A stretch of DNA of 64,000 nucleotides from a virus. The position numbers and the translations under genes were made by a program. This document shows positions 28,772-38,206 of the stretch, in pieces (position 1 is the stretch's first letter; the number at the start of each line of letters is the position of its first letter). The stretch is from the IMG/VR virus record IMGVR_UViG_3300031519_004559. One strand, 5' to 3'. The notes beneath the pieces are model-generated. The model was given only the letters and a program-made list of their open reading frames with translations. It was not told the origin of the DNA and did no database searches.

Positions 28772-30279
28772 GAACAATCAGTAGTACGTATAATGACTGG
28801 GTGCCTTATCCTGTAGGGTGTCTTATTTCTCATTGTATGAAAAATCCTAACATTGCAAGAGACTACACATTTTTTGAACCGTTGTATAAAAACAAATGGG
28901 ACACTCCTGAACTACACGAAACGTTAAAAAAGACAGATATACTAGGACTAACTTGTTACGTATGGAATCAGCATGCCAACGATACAATAGCACAAAAGTT
29001 TAAAGAGTACAATCCAAGCGGTATAGTTATATACGGTGGCCCAAATGTTCCTGAACAAAACTTAGAAGAATTTAAACGTCCTTACGTAGATCATTATATG
29101 ACAGGCCCCGGCGAACTACAGTGGGAAAAGTTTTTAGATCCTACTAGTGATAGTGAATATGCAATACCAACACCTTATACTGATGGAATTTTTGATGACT
29201 TGTTAACTCGCGAAAATGATATAGCAGTTGCATTTGAAACTAATAGAGGGTGTCCGTATCATTGTGCATTTTGTGATTGGGGCGGAGTAAGTCGTAGTAA
29301 GATTACACAACTAAAAGATACCGCAGTTAAAGAAACAATCGAACATGTATTAAGTTTTGATAATGTAAAGCGTTTAGAAATACTAGATGCCAACTACGGA
29401 ATACTGCCAAGAGATGTGGAGTTTGTACAACATATTGTTGACAACAAAACCCGTGACGACATGATGTTAACATTCGCAGGCTTTGCTAAAAACGGATCTC
29501 CCCACCTAGCAAAAATTATGAATCTTACAATGGATAACTTTAATGATAAATTACGCAATGTAAAGATCAGTTTGCAAACTCTAACACCTGCGGTGCTTGA
29601 TACAATCCAGCGTAAAAATATTTCAACAGACAAGCTACTGAGTATTATAGACGAACTTAGAGATGTAAAAGTTAATAGTGAACTTATAATCGGGTTGCCG
29701 GGAGAAACAGCAGACAGTTGGGCTGATACATTATTTAAACACCCTGAACTAGGCATTGACTTTGCTAGAAGTTATCCTTTGTATGTGTTGCCAAATACAC
29801 CTATGGCAACTAATGAATATAAAGAAGAACATAGAATTCAAACTAAAAAAATTATATTACCAAACAACGAACAGTTTGAAATGATATACGAATGTAGTAG
29901 TTATGACTTAAATGAAATTACACAAATATATTTAAATTGGTGGTACTTTAATACCTTCTACAATTTTGGCATTGACAAAACTATCACTAAAGATACAATG
30001 AAAGATTTCTTTGAGAACTTGAGCGATATGCCGTTTATAAGTTGTTGTGTTGAAGAAGTAAAACTTTCGCTTGCTAGGATATTTACTCCAGCACCACAAT
30101 TGAATTTAGAAGGATATGATTTACGATACTTGCATAAAAATTTAGGCAGGGGGAGAGAATTAATTTATTTTAAAGATAACATAGACACAGTGCGCAGTGA
30201 ACTAGGTATGCCTAAGTTAAATATTAAAAATGATTACATGGAATTATCTAGTCCGTTTGCACACATAAAGGAAAAATAA
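28750..30279 (+). CDS. Cobalamin-binding radical SAM enzyme (class B-like)
   Basis: N-terminal B12-binding-like domain (LTCYVWN, YGGPN, GPGE); ETNRGCPYHCAFC; DANYG; IIGLPGET. Confidence 0.88.
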   Translation: MPSTILLGTISSTYNDWVPYPVGCLISHCMKNPNIARDYTFFEPLYKNKWDTPELHETLKKTDILGLTCYVWNQHANDTIAQKFKEYNPSGIVIYGGPNVPEQNLEEFKRPYVDHYMTGPGELQWEKFLDPTSDSEYAIPTPYTDGIFDDLLTRENDIAVAFETNRGCPYHCAFCDWGGVSRSKITQLKDTAVKETIEHVLSFDNVKRLEILDANYGILPRDVEFVQHIVDNKTRDDMMLTFAGFAKNGSPHLAKIMNLTMDNFNDKLRNVKISLQTLTPAVLDTIQRKNISTDKLLSIIDELRDVKVNSELIIGLPGETADSWADTLFKHPELGIDFARSYPLYVLPNTPMATNEYKEEHRIQTKKIILPNNEQFEMIYECSSYDLNEITQIYLNWWYFNTFYNFGIDKTITKDTMKDFFENLSDMPFISCCVEEVKLSLARIFTPAPQLNLEGYDLRYLHKNLGRGRELIYFKDNIDTVRSELGMPKLNIKNDYMELSSPFAHIKEK

Positions 30280-30945
30280 ATGAAGGACATTATCTTTACA
30301 CCATTGGCAATACCGCCAATACCTAACAAGCAAAAAATACTTGATAGATTTAATGCTCCTGAATTCTATATTTGGTGGGACGAAGAAACTTTATTGGGAG
30401 AAAAAGAAAACAACAATCCTTTAGGAAAGCCACAACAGTGGACAGATGTTGCTAAAGAAAATTATTCCGAACTAATAGAATGGGTCGAAACATACATGCC
30501 AATGGACGAATATTATTATATTCGTATAGCAAGAGCTAAACACGAGATACCTCCACACATTGATGGCAATGCTGTTACACCAACACACGAACACCACCTT
30601 GCTATTATGCCTGAAGTACTTGAGTACAACATGGCACACGAACCTATTGGATATCGATTCGTTGTAAAAGGTAGCAAAGATAAAATGTATATGTGTAAAG
30701 AATATGATTATACAAGAGACATGTCTTGGCAAGAAAAGCATCGCTGTATTGTGCCAGAAGAAACAGATGCGTTTTTAATACGCAATCAAGACCAAGCACA
30801 TGGTGTAGAAGCAGATGCAGAAGATCGACTAATAGGATTTATATTAGGAAAGGTTAATGCCAAAAAGCACTGGGACCTAATAGAAAAAAGCGTAAGTATA
30901 TATAGTAAAAATGTTATAAGGAAACAAGATGTATTCAATGCATGA
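30280..30945 (+). CDS. 2OG-Fe(II) oxygenase-like protein
   Basis: PPHID (HxD), distal AHGV..R. Confidence 0.6.
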   Translation: MKDIIFTPLAIPPIPNKQKILDRFNAPEFYIWWDEETLLGEKENNNPLGKPQQWTDVAKENYSELIEWVETYMPMDEYYYIRIARAKHEIPPHIDGNAVTPTHEHHLAIMPEVLEYNMAHEPIGYRFVVKGSKDKMYMCKEYDYTRDMSWQEKHRCIVPEETDAFLIRNQDQAHGVEADAEDRLIGFILGKVNAKKHWDLIEKSVSIYSKNVIRKQDVFNA

Positions 30946-31546
30946 TGGCGCAAATATTAGTGTACACCAAGAAATAGCTGAACGTCTACAGCCGAAAAGC
31001 TGTATTGAAATTGGTACATATTACGGTGGAATTACATATAAGTTAAGTAAACTATTACCTAATAGTCATTTCTTTGCTGTACAAAGTTACCACGATCATA
31101 AACTTAATCATATGCCAAATACTGATAGAGGCGAATATAGTATTGGTAAAGCTGAATTAAGTAAGAGTAAAGGACTAGACGAAGACCTTAAAGACCAAGA
31201 TTGGAAGCGGAGTGTTAAAAGACATTTTCCAGAAGAGTATCACAATTACTTTGATTTTAATTTACTTGTAAAAACCTTTCAAGATTGTGATAATGTTACA
31301 CTAATACTTGACACTAGTCCTTTTAAGTATGATTGGAATAATGGGTTTGATCTAGTGATTTTTGATGTAAGTCCTTTGTATGCTGAAAATAAAATACAGT
31401 TTGATTATTGGGCAAAGTATGGCAATCCTAATAGTTACATACTAATGGGGGCGTATAATCATCAACAAGAATTTTATGAGTATGTGACATCTAAAAAATA
31501 TACTGCAGAAAAAATAAGGGATGATTATGTTCTCGTGCGCTTATGA
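30929..31546 (+). CDS. Class I SAM-dependent methyltransferase
   Basis: CIEIGTYYGG motif I; FDLVIFD. Confidence 0.75.
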   Translation: MYSMHDGANISVHQEIAERLQPKSCIEIGTYYGGITYKLSKLLPNSHFFAVQSYHDHKLNHMPNTDRGEYSIGKAELSKSKGLDEDLKDQDWKRSVKRHFPEEYHNYFDFNLLVKTFQDCDNVTLILDTSPFKYDWNNGFDLVIFDVSPLYAENKIQFDYWAKYGNPNSYILMGAYNHQQEFYEYVTSKKYTAEKIRDDYVLVRL

Positions 31547-32186
31547 GCTAGATATAGATGTCACACAACTACGTGAAGAATTACAACATTTAAACAATCC
31601 TATATACAAGTATGCAGGGTATGATGATATGTGCTTTTACGTATCGGACGAGACTGTGCGTCAACAAGGCTGTGATGCTGTTGTTAATTTTAAAAAAATA
31701 TTTAATAACGGATTTGTAGACAGCATACGTTTCCTAAATATGTATCCTGGACAAAAATATTTGCCACATGTTGATAGTAACGAACAAAATTTTCACAAAG
31801 ATATTCCTATGGATATACAACATCCTGGTAATGTAAACATACTTCTTAGCAAGCCTGTTGGAGATACTACTGTGTGGTATATTGATCCTGAACTTAGAAA
31901 GTTATGGCCTTGGGCATTTTCAAACAACGGAGATCTATTTCCTGATAGTGTCAACAAATACATTTCCGCGGATACAATGGGACAAGATATGACTACAATT
32001 CAGGAAGTAGACAGATTTAAATTGACAGACAAGGCAACATTGTTTAACACATCAGCACATCATACAATTATAAGCGAAGACGTAGAACAACCAAGATCAA
32101 GTGCTTGTTTTATATTTTGGCCTTACAATAGCTGGCAAGGTATTGTAGAAGCAGTAAAGGCAAAAGGAGTAATTTTAGAAAGATGA
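31521..32186 (+). CDS. 2OG-Fe(II) oxygenase-like protein
   Basis: PHVD; LFNTSAHH..PR. Confidence 0.65.
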   Translation: MIMFSCAYELDIDVTQLREELQHLNNPIYKYAGYDDMCFYVSDETVRQQGCDAVVNFKKIFNNGFVDSIRFLNMYPGQKYLPHVDSNEQNFHKDIPMDIQHPGNVNILLSKPVGDTTVWYIDPELRKLWPWAFSNNGDLFPDSVNKYISADTMGQDMTTIQEVDRFKLTDKATLFNTSAHHTIISEDVEQPRSSACFIFWPYNSWQGIVEAVKAKGVILER

Positions 32187-32815
32187 GAAGTGCGTATAAT
32201 TTAAAGATTGATTCAGACACTTTAAGAACTGAACTTAATTATATTGATAACATATGGAATGATTTATCGCAAGAATACAAAGACAAAATGGATTGTAAAG
32301 TATATGACGAAAATGTTTATTATGTTTCAAAAAAAGTAGTCAAAGATTTAAAACTTAACGGACTTTTAAATATGTTTAGTCTATTTGAAGATGCATTTTT
32401 AGATCATTTTAAGATTGTGCAGATGATGCCTGGAGAATTATATGGATACCATATTGATAATAATAAACATAGCATCCATAATGAGATTCCGCAACATATG
32501 ACTTGTCCTGCGGCTGTAAATATTTTGCTCAGTGAACCTGTAGGAGATATAACATTTTTTGGATTTGACAAAAAACTTAATAAGTATAAGAGCTGGGACA
32601 AAAGAAACTTGCCACGCAATGATACAGAAGAATTCGAAATTATAGATAAATTTGAAACAAAAAAAGATGCTGTATTACTTAACGTTGGCAATTGGCACAG
32701 GATTGAATCAAGCCATAATCAACCAAGAAAGATAGCAAGTTTTTTGCTTTGGCCTTACAATACGTGGGAAAATTATGTAAGTTATTGTAAATTGAAAGGA
32801 CTAATTAATGAATAA
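32183..32815 (+). CDS. 2OG-Fe(II) oxygenase-like protein (close paralog of previous gene)
   Basis: YHID; LLNVGNWH..PR; shares VNILLS.PVGD and WPYN.W with the previous gene. Confidence 0.65.
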   Translation: MRSAYNLKIDSDTLRTELNYIDNIWNDLSQEYKDKMDCKVYDENVYYVSKKVVKDLKLNGLLNMFSLFEDAFLDHFKIVQMMPGELYGYHIDNNKHSIHNEIPQHMTCPAAVNILLSEPVGDITFFGFDKKLNKYKSWDKRNLPRNDTEEFEIIDKFETKKDAVLLNVGNWHRIESSHNQPRKIASFLLWPYNTWENYVSYCKLKGLINE

Positions 32816-33419
32816 GAAACACTTACCTAGTATACATAATTACAATTTAGATATTGACCTAAAACAATTACAAGATGCTTGTGACACACTTGCAGGGAAA
32901 TTTGTTGATGTAAAAACAGCAAACCCAATGTTGTGTGATAATCATATGGAGTTAGTTGCCCATGTTTATGATAACTTTGAACAAATTAATTTAACTACAC
33001 CTAGCGAAATATTACCTTATACTACAAGTATCAAGGAAAGGTTAAGACGAAAAGAAGAACATTTATATAATGTGCCTACAGAAGATTACACAGGCAGTTA
33101 TTTTGAAAAAATAATTACACAATTAAAAGCACCAGCAAGTAGAATTAGAATTACTAAACTTGCTCCAGGAAAAAATATTCCGTTTCATGTTGACTATGAT
33201 GTAAGTTATGCTGTCAGATGTATTGTACCTATTTACGGAGACAAACAAGTAATAAATTTATTTAAACGTGAAGGCAAACTAGAAGCATATAACCTAGACA
33301 ACGGTAATGCTTATTTCCTTAACATTGGATATCCACATGCCGTAATTAACATGAGTAGCAAACCTCGAATTGCTCTTATGTTTAGTCTTAATGGTACAGA
33401 TGATTTAGAAAATGTTTAA
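32808..33419 (+). CDS. Aspartyl/asparaginyl beta-hydroxylase-like 2OG-Fe(II) oxygenase
   Basis: RIRITKLAPG..FHVD; FLNIGYPHAVIN..PR. Confidence 0.75.
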   Translation: MNKKHLPSIHNYNLDIDLKQLQDACDTLAGKFVDVKTANPMLCDNHMELVAHVYDNFEQINLTTPSEILPYTTSIKERLRRKEEHLYNVPTEDYTGSYFEKIITQLKAPASRIRITKLAPGKNIPFHVDYDVSYAVRCIVPIYGDKQVINLFKREGKLEAYNLDNGNAYFLNIGYPHAVINMSSKPRIALMFSLNGTDDLENV

Positions 33420-33993
33420 TGAATATTTTTTAGAATGTAATATAGGTGTTACATCTGCCTGGCAAGACTACGCAAAGGAAATTGTAGACACTTATAAAAA
33501 AGATTGCGAAATCACAGAGTCTAAACCTGTTCCTATTTTAAAAATAGATGAACACATAAAAATATTAGAACCTTTAAAAAATTACAAAAAATATTTAAGT
33601 GGACATTTTAGAATATTAATTATTAAACCAGGAGAACATGTGCATCATCATCTTGATGTAAATGTTCAAGGACAATATAGTCTTATACCAAAAGGAAAAC
33701 AAATAACAGCGGTTTTAAATTTTCCAATTTACGGAACAGGTGATTGCGATACTATATGGGAAGAGCCTGATTGTGAAATAAACGATCCAAGAATCTTTTA
33801 TGCCAATCCAGAAAAAGCAAAAAGTATAAAATGGAAATTTTTAGATAAAATCACTGTAAAAGAACTTCCAGTATTATTGAATACTGCGGTATGGCACAAA
33901 GTTCAGCCACCACAAAAAGAAAGAGCTTTAATAAGTTTTGTATGTAATACAGAATATGATTGGGAAACTTTACACAACGTATTTAATAATTAA
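33412..33993 (+). CDS. 2OG-Fe(II) oxygenase-like protein
   Basis: HHLD; LNFP; LLNTAVWH..ER. Confidence 0.65.
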   Translation: MFNEYFLECNIGVTSAWQDYAKEIVDTYKKDCEITESKPVPILKIDEHIKILEPLKNYKKYLSGHFRILIIKPGEHVHHHLDVNVQGQYSLIPKGKQITAVLNFPIYGTGDCDTIWEEPDCEINDPRIFYANPEKAKSIKWKFLDKITVKELPVLLNTAVWHKVQPPQKERALISFVCNTEYDWETLHNVFNN

Positions 33994-34528
33994 ATAGTTT
34001 TATATCTTTGTCATAATACTGACCAATTAAATCATATATGTTTTTATCTTCAATTTTATAATTATTAATTTTCATTCCGTTAATTATTGGTAATTTTATG
34101 TTAACACCAAATTCATTATGTAAAACTTTTTCTATACCGTCTTCTATTTTGTAGAAAACTGTATTTTCATCTAACCAATCACTTTGACATCTCCAACTAG
34201 GTGGACCCCAGTCGTAATCTACTTTCATTATTTTTTGTTGCACAAACTCTTCAAAAGTTTCTTGTACTTTGTATCTTTTTTTGCAATACCAATACCTTGA
34301 AACTGTTCTGTCCCAAGGATTACGCACAAACGCAACTTTTGGCTTGTCTATTTTTATATCTTTTGCAGGTATATGTGTTTGTTGAATATCATTGTAGTGT
34401 ATACGTGCATCATAATTTTCATTATAATGATCATCACCATTCCACACATCAAGTTTAAGAGCTGTCAGAATACTTGTTCCTGCACATTTAGGAATGTGTA
34501 ATAATATTTTATTTTTGAATTCTAGCAT
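33983..34528 (-). CDS. Sulfotransferase family 2 (carbohydrate sulfotransferase-like)
   Basis: HIPKCAGTS 5'-PSB motif and FVRNPWDRTVS 3'-PB motif. Confidence 0.85.
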   Translation of the reverse strand: MLEFKNKILLHIPKCAGTSILTALKLDVWNGDDHYNENYDARIHYNDIQQTHIPAKDIKIDKPKVAFVRNPWDRTVSRYWYCKKRYKVQETFEEFVQQKIMKVDYDWGPPSWRCQSDWLDENTVFYKIEDGIEKVLHNEFGVNIKLPIINGMKINNYKIEDKNIYDLIGQYYDKDIKLFNY

Positions 34529-34985
34529 ATAATATTTCTTCCATTTGGTGAAATAGATAACTGTGTGTGGTTTGGAAACTTACATGGTTTGAAATTGTTA
34601 TACTATCTATATCTGTTAAAATAACTTTACCTTCTGAATATATCATATTATATAAATGGAGATCATTATGGTAAATCATTTTACCATTACAATATTTTTT
34701 AGAAAGTTCTAAAAAGTTCTTCCAAATATCATTTATTTGAACATAAATTTCAACCATATCTTGTGCATCAGCTTTTATGTCTTTTAAATATTTTCCAACA
34801 GATATACCTTCAATGTATTCGTAAATAATTTTATTGCTGTCGTACTCTAATATTTTTGGAAGAAAGTTTGGTTGTTCTGCTATCAATATATCAAGAGCCG
34901 TTTTATCTACAGGCCACTGACTTTCTTTGATAACTGTATTTCCCTGTCTAGTTAGACTGTTGTTATAAAATCTTTTTCTTTCCAT
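34509..34985 (-). CDS. Small protein-kinase-like (APH/RIO-type) phosphotransferase
   Basis: PKI, YEYIEG, HNDLHLYN catalytic loop, TDID. Confidence 0.7.
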   Translation of the reverse strand: MERKRFYNNSLTRQGNTVIKESQWPVDKTALDILIAEQPNFLPKILEYDSNKIIYEYIEGISVGKYLKDIKADAQDMVEIYVQINDIWKNFLELSKKYCNGKMIYHNDLHLYNMIYSEGKVILTDIDSITISNHVSFQTTHSYLFHQMEEILYARIQK

Positions 34986-34988
34986 TAT

Positions 34989-35510
34989 CTAATTTTTCCA
35001 TCTTTGTTTCACTTGTTTTGTTACAAACGGCCAACCACTAAGATTAAGTCTTTCGCCTGTACACGGTTCTACCCAATGATCAAAACCTGTACGCATTATT
35101 ACAAGTCTGTTGCGTTTTGGCAATATACGCATATCTTCTGTACATAATTCTCCATCAGTCTCATCTGTAAGATACAGCATCCACACCCAGTCGCCATACA
35201 CTTCCGGGTCTTCTTTGTGTTTGCCTATACGACTACTGGAAGTAAACTTTTTAGCAAACAGTTGCATCGGTTCTAAATCATTAATAGGCAAACTTGTGCC
35301 AATGTGTTCACCTATTTCACTCAACAGCATTAGTCTATGTGGACTAGTCCTAATATCATTCTTAATCATTTGCCATTCGTAGTCTGTATATTCGCCTACG
35401 TGCGATCCTGTTTCACTATCTAATTGTAGTAGTTCGCCCTTGCAAAGTTCGTCTAGTTGTTGTAGATAGTCTTCGTCAAATATGCTATCAAGTACTATAA
35501 CCGTGTTCAC
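34989..35510 (-). CDS. 2OG-Fe(II) oxygenase (prolyl-4-hydroxylase-like)
   Basis: HKED, MLYL..GEL..P.RNRLV..HWV..R. Confidence 0.75.
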   Translation of the reverse strand: MNTVIVLDSIFDEDYLQQLDELCKGELLQLDSETGSHVGEYTDYEWQMIKNDIRTSPHRLMLLSEIGEHIGTSLPINDLEPMQLFAKKFTSSSRIGKHKEDPEVYGDWVWMLYLTDETDGELCTEDMRILPKRNRLVIMRTGFDHWVEPCTGERLNLSGWPFVTKQVKQRWKN

Positions 35511-36240
35511 GTTCCCAATCCTTCCAAGTTTTATTTGTATCTTCTAACCACTGATTATTATGATCTTTACGTGTACTCTTAGGACCATTAACACTAGCAA
35601 CAGCATGTAGTCTAACACTACGACAGGGTACAACACTATGAGGTTTAGCAGTGTTTAAAATAAATCCTTCTCCGGGGTTACGGAATACACTACCGTCACT
35701 AGTTTCGATACTACTAGTTACTCCTTCACCGTCGTTAAGTAGTACATGATGATATCTAAATCCAGTATCACCATCGGTGTGCCATTGGAAACAACAATCA
35801 TGCTCCATGTAGCTAAACCAGTAGTTACTTCTTAAGTCTGGTATAGTCTGTTCAAGTTCGTCCCAGTACTTCTTACCAAGCTCTCTAAAATCTTTATGTA
35901 CAAAGCAGTATATGTTAAGCCATTGATGATCTTCTATCCTTGCATTTTCTTTGCGTAGTTTTACATAGTATAGCACACCTGTTTCGTATTGTGTTTCTGT
36001 AACATAGTCTAGCCAATTAGATTCGTCTTTCATATCAAAGCCTCTAAGGCCATTATAGATATCTCGTTTAGTCATTAAATCTTTCGGACGTTGCATATAC
36101 ACATTTAAATATGTTTGGTCACCAAAGTCTAGGTCGGTCCATATTTCGCCAGTCATGTTATAAAATAATTGTGTAAGCTCTTTTGTATTGCTGATTGGGT
36201 CGCAATGAACAAATGCTTCATTCATCTTAGGGTCAAACAT
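35488..36240 (-). CDS. 2OG-Fe(II) oxygenase-like protein
   Basis: WHTD; RYH; LNTAKPHSV..RLH. Confidence 0.7.
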   Translation of the reverse strand: MFDPKMNEAFVHCDPISNTKELTQLFYNMTGEIWTDLDFGDQTYLNVYMQRPKDLMTKRDIYNGLRGFDMKDESNWLDYVTETQYETGVLYYVKLRKENARIEDHQWLNIYCFVHKDFRELGKKYWDELEQTIPDLRSNYWFSYMEHDCCFQWHTDGDTGFRYHHVLLNDGEGVTSSIETSDGSVFRNPGEGFILNTAKPHSVVPCRSVRLHAVASVNGPKSTRKDHNNQWLEDTNKTWKDWEREHGYST

Positions 36241-36677
36241 TTAGCAACCTCCTCTATTGGTTCTTCAAAGCATATTTGAAAATTGTATCTATCGTGTTTG
36301 TTATTATTAATATAATGTTCTAATTGTGTGTTAAACAAGTATGGTGTGCTTAAATGTATCTGAGGACCGGTTGTAAAATAACAGGGAGCATAATGCTTGT
36401 GGTAATGTAACGGTACAATTAAAACAGTGTTACGTTTCCATTTTGTATTATCAACGTGTGCAGTTACTTTGGTATAGCCAGGCTGGTGTACAAAGAATGT
36501 GTAGCTTTTTAAGTTAAACTTATTAAATTCATCTATATTTTTATCCCAGCACAAATTGCCATCGCGACTTCCGCTAATAGTATCGTATTCAACAAAGTCT
36601 CCTTGCGGCAATAGACTTTCTAAGTATTCAGTTTCTTGTTTAGAAATTAAATCTGTTGAGGCAAAATAAGGAATCAT
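36222..36677 (-). CDS. 2OG-Fe(II) oxygenase-like protein
   Basis: AHVD; LFNTQLEH..R. Confidence 0.65.
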   Translation of the reverse strand: MIPYFASTDLISKQETEYLESLLPQGDFVEYDTISGSRDGNLCWDKNIDEFNKFNLKSYTFFVHQPGYTKVTAHVDNTKWKRNTVLIVPLHYHKHYAPCYFTTGPQIHLSTPYLFNTQLEHYINNNKHDRYNFQICFEEPIEEVAKCLTLR

Positions 36678-37324
36678 TAATAAACTTCAAATCTAAACTT
36701 GTTAAAAGAATCGTCTGTAATTTTTATATTCATAACAAGCATTATAGAGTCTTTACTATTTGCATTAAACAACACATGTCTTTTAGTTGTATTAACAAAT
36801 GTACTTATGCCGTATTTAAAAGGTACGCTTTCAAAGTTTGCGCCTGACTTAATCATCATAAAGAAATTAGGTGGGACACAATTTTGTATAGGAACAATAA
36901 TCCTAAATACATCTGGAGGCCCCTTTCTGCCACCGTCTAGATGGTGAGGAAAATGACCGCCTTGTGGCAATCTCAAAAAATGACATCTTGCTAACCAAGG
37001 CTTCCATGGGTTAATAACCTTTTGCAATTCAGGACATTTATGATATACATCTGTAAGTGTAGCAAAATCTAATTCAGTGTAACTGTTGCCTGTTCTTTCA
37101 TATAAGTCTTTTAGACTATCTAGATCAGGACCATCTAATTCTCCGTGTAAACTTGTTACACTTAATCCGTCTCTTAATATTCGAGGCTTGCCTGAATTAA
37201 ATTTCTTCCAGTCATTTTCAAATTGTTCTAGTTCTTTCATCACTTGCGTTGTACTGCAATAGATATTATTTAACTCGCATACATCGCCGAATGCATTTAT
37301 ATTATTGTGTAGTTCCCAACTCAT
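36677..37324 (-). CDS. Aspartyl/asparaginyl beta-hydroxylase-like 2OG-Fe(II) oxygenase
   Basis: RCHFLRLPQGGHFPHHLD; NTTKRH. Confidence 0.7.
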   Translation of the reverse strand: MSWELHNNINAFGDVCELNNIYCSTTQVMKELEQFENDWKKFNSGKPRILRDGLSVTSLHGELDGPDLDSLKDLYERTGNSYTELDFATLTDVYHKCPELQKVINPWKPWLARCHFLRLPQGGHFPHHLDGGRKGPPDVFRIIVPIQNCVPPNFFMMIKSGANFESVPFKYGISTFVNTTKRHVLFNANSKDSIMLVMNIKITDDSFNKFRFEVY

Positions 37325-37772
37325 TGAGTACCTCCTTTACAGCATCTTCTATAGTAATTGTTTCTAATAATTGCGGATTGTGTTCTAATATAGGATGACC
37401 TTTTAAAAATCCCCATGTTAAATATGTTTGGTTATAATTTTTACTAAAGTGCCGTAGTGTTAGTTTATTGTCTTTTTGTATTTGTTCAAGTACTCCGGAC
37501 ACTTTTGCTTCTGTAATTTTACTGCCAATGTTTATGCATCTTATTTTGTTTTTATACGCTCTAACGCTAACATTGACTTGTGTTAGACCAATGTCGGCAT
37601 TGTTTATAATATAGTCTATTTTATGATCAAATATCTTTTCCCAATCAACTTGCAAGTCATAACCGTTAGATCTACTAAAGCCTTTTATAGTGTATCCTTG
37701 TTCTTTGCACTCGTTAGCAATATGTTTGCCAAAGCCGTTTGTATGACCAGTTATGCCAATCGTAATACCCAT
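37302..37772 (-). CDS. Short SDR/Rossmann-fold oxidoreductase-like protein
   Basis: ITGHTNGFG, INNA, INIGS. Start set to ATG 37772 (GGAGG RBS). Confidence 0.65.
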   Translation of the reverse strand: MGITIGITGHTNGFGKHIANECKEQGYTIKGFSRSNGYDLQVDWEKIFDHKIDYIINNADIGLTQVNVSVRAYKNKIRCINIGSKITEAKVSGVLEQIQKDNKLTLRHFSKNYNQTYLTWGFLKGHPILEHNPQLLETITIEDAVKEVLNELGTTQ

Positions 37773-38206
37773 TGTATTCCTCCCAACGGTATTTCCTCTT
37801 GTGTTATTATCCAATCATATTTAGAACGGTGTTGAAAGTAATCTAGCAATTTGCCATTTTCTTCCCTGCTTACCCAAATGTCTTTGTAGCCTAAACTAAT
37901 AGCGTGTGATGTACTAACATCTAACGTTTCTAATCCTCGAGCAAGGTCTGCTTTAAGACCACCAAAGTTGTACTGTCTGTCTCTAGTGTGCCTGCTCATA
38001 ATGCGTATGCTACCGTTATACTCCGGACGCTCAATGCCAGCACTATAATATATTAGATGCGAATCCCAAGCCATACGGGCAAATTTTGTATGTTGAAACA
38101 ATGGCCATTTACTGTAATTGTTAGCATGTTTATGGCCTTCTGTTTTTGCAAACAGAGTTTTAATATCTTCTAAGTGACTATCAATTGGTGCGAGTATCCA
38201 TTTCAT
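37751..38206 (-). CDS. GNAT-like / hypothetical protein
   Basis: 151 aa; RIMSR..R..A...GYKDIWVS pattern is loosely GNAT-like. Confidence 0.4.
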   Translation of the reverse strand: MKWILAPIDSHLEDIKTLFAKTEGHKHANNYSKWPLFQHTKFARMAWDSHLIYYSAGIERPEYNGSIRIMSRHTRDRQYNFGGLKADLARGLETLDVSTSHAISLGYKDIWVSREENGKLLDYFQHRSKYDWIITQEEIPLGGIQWVLRLA

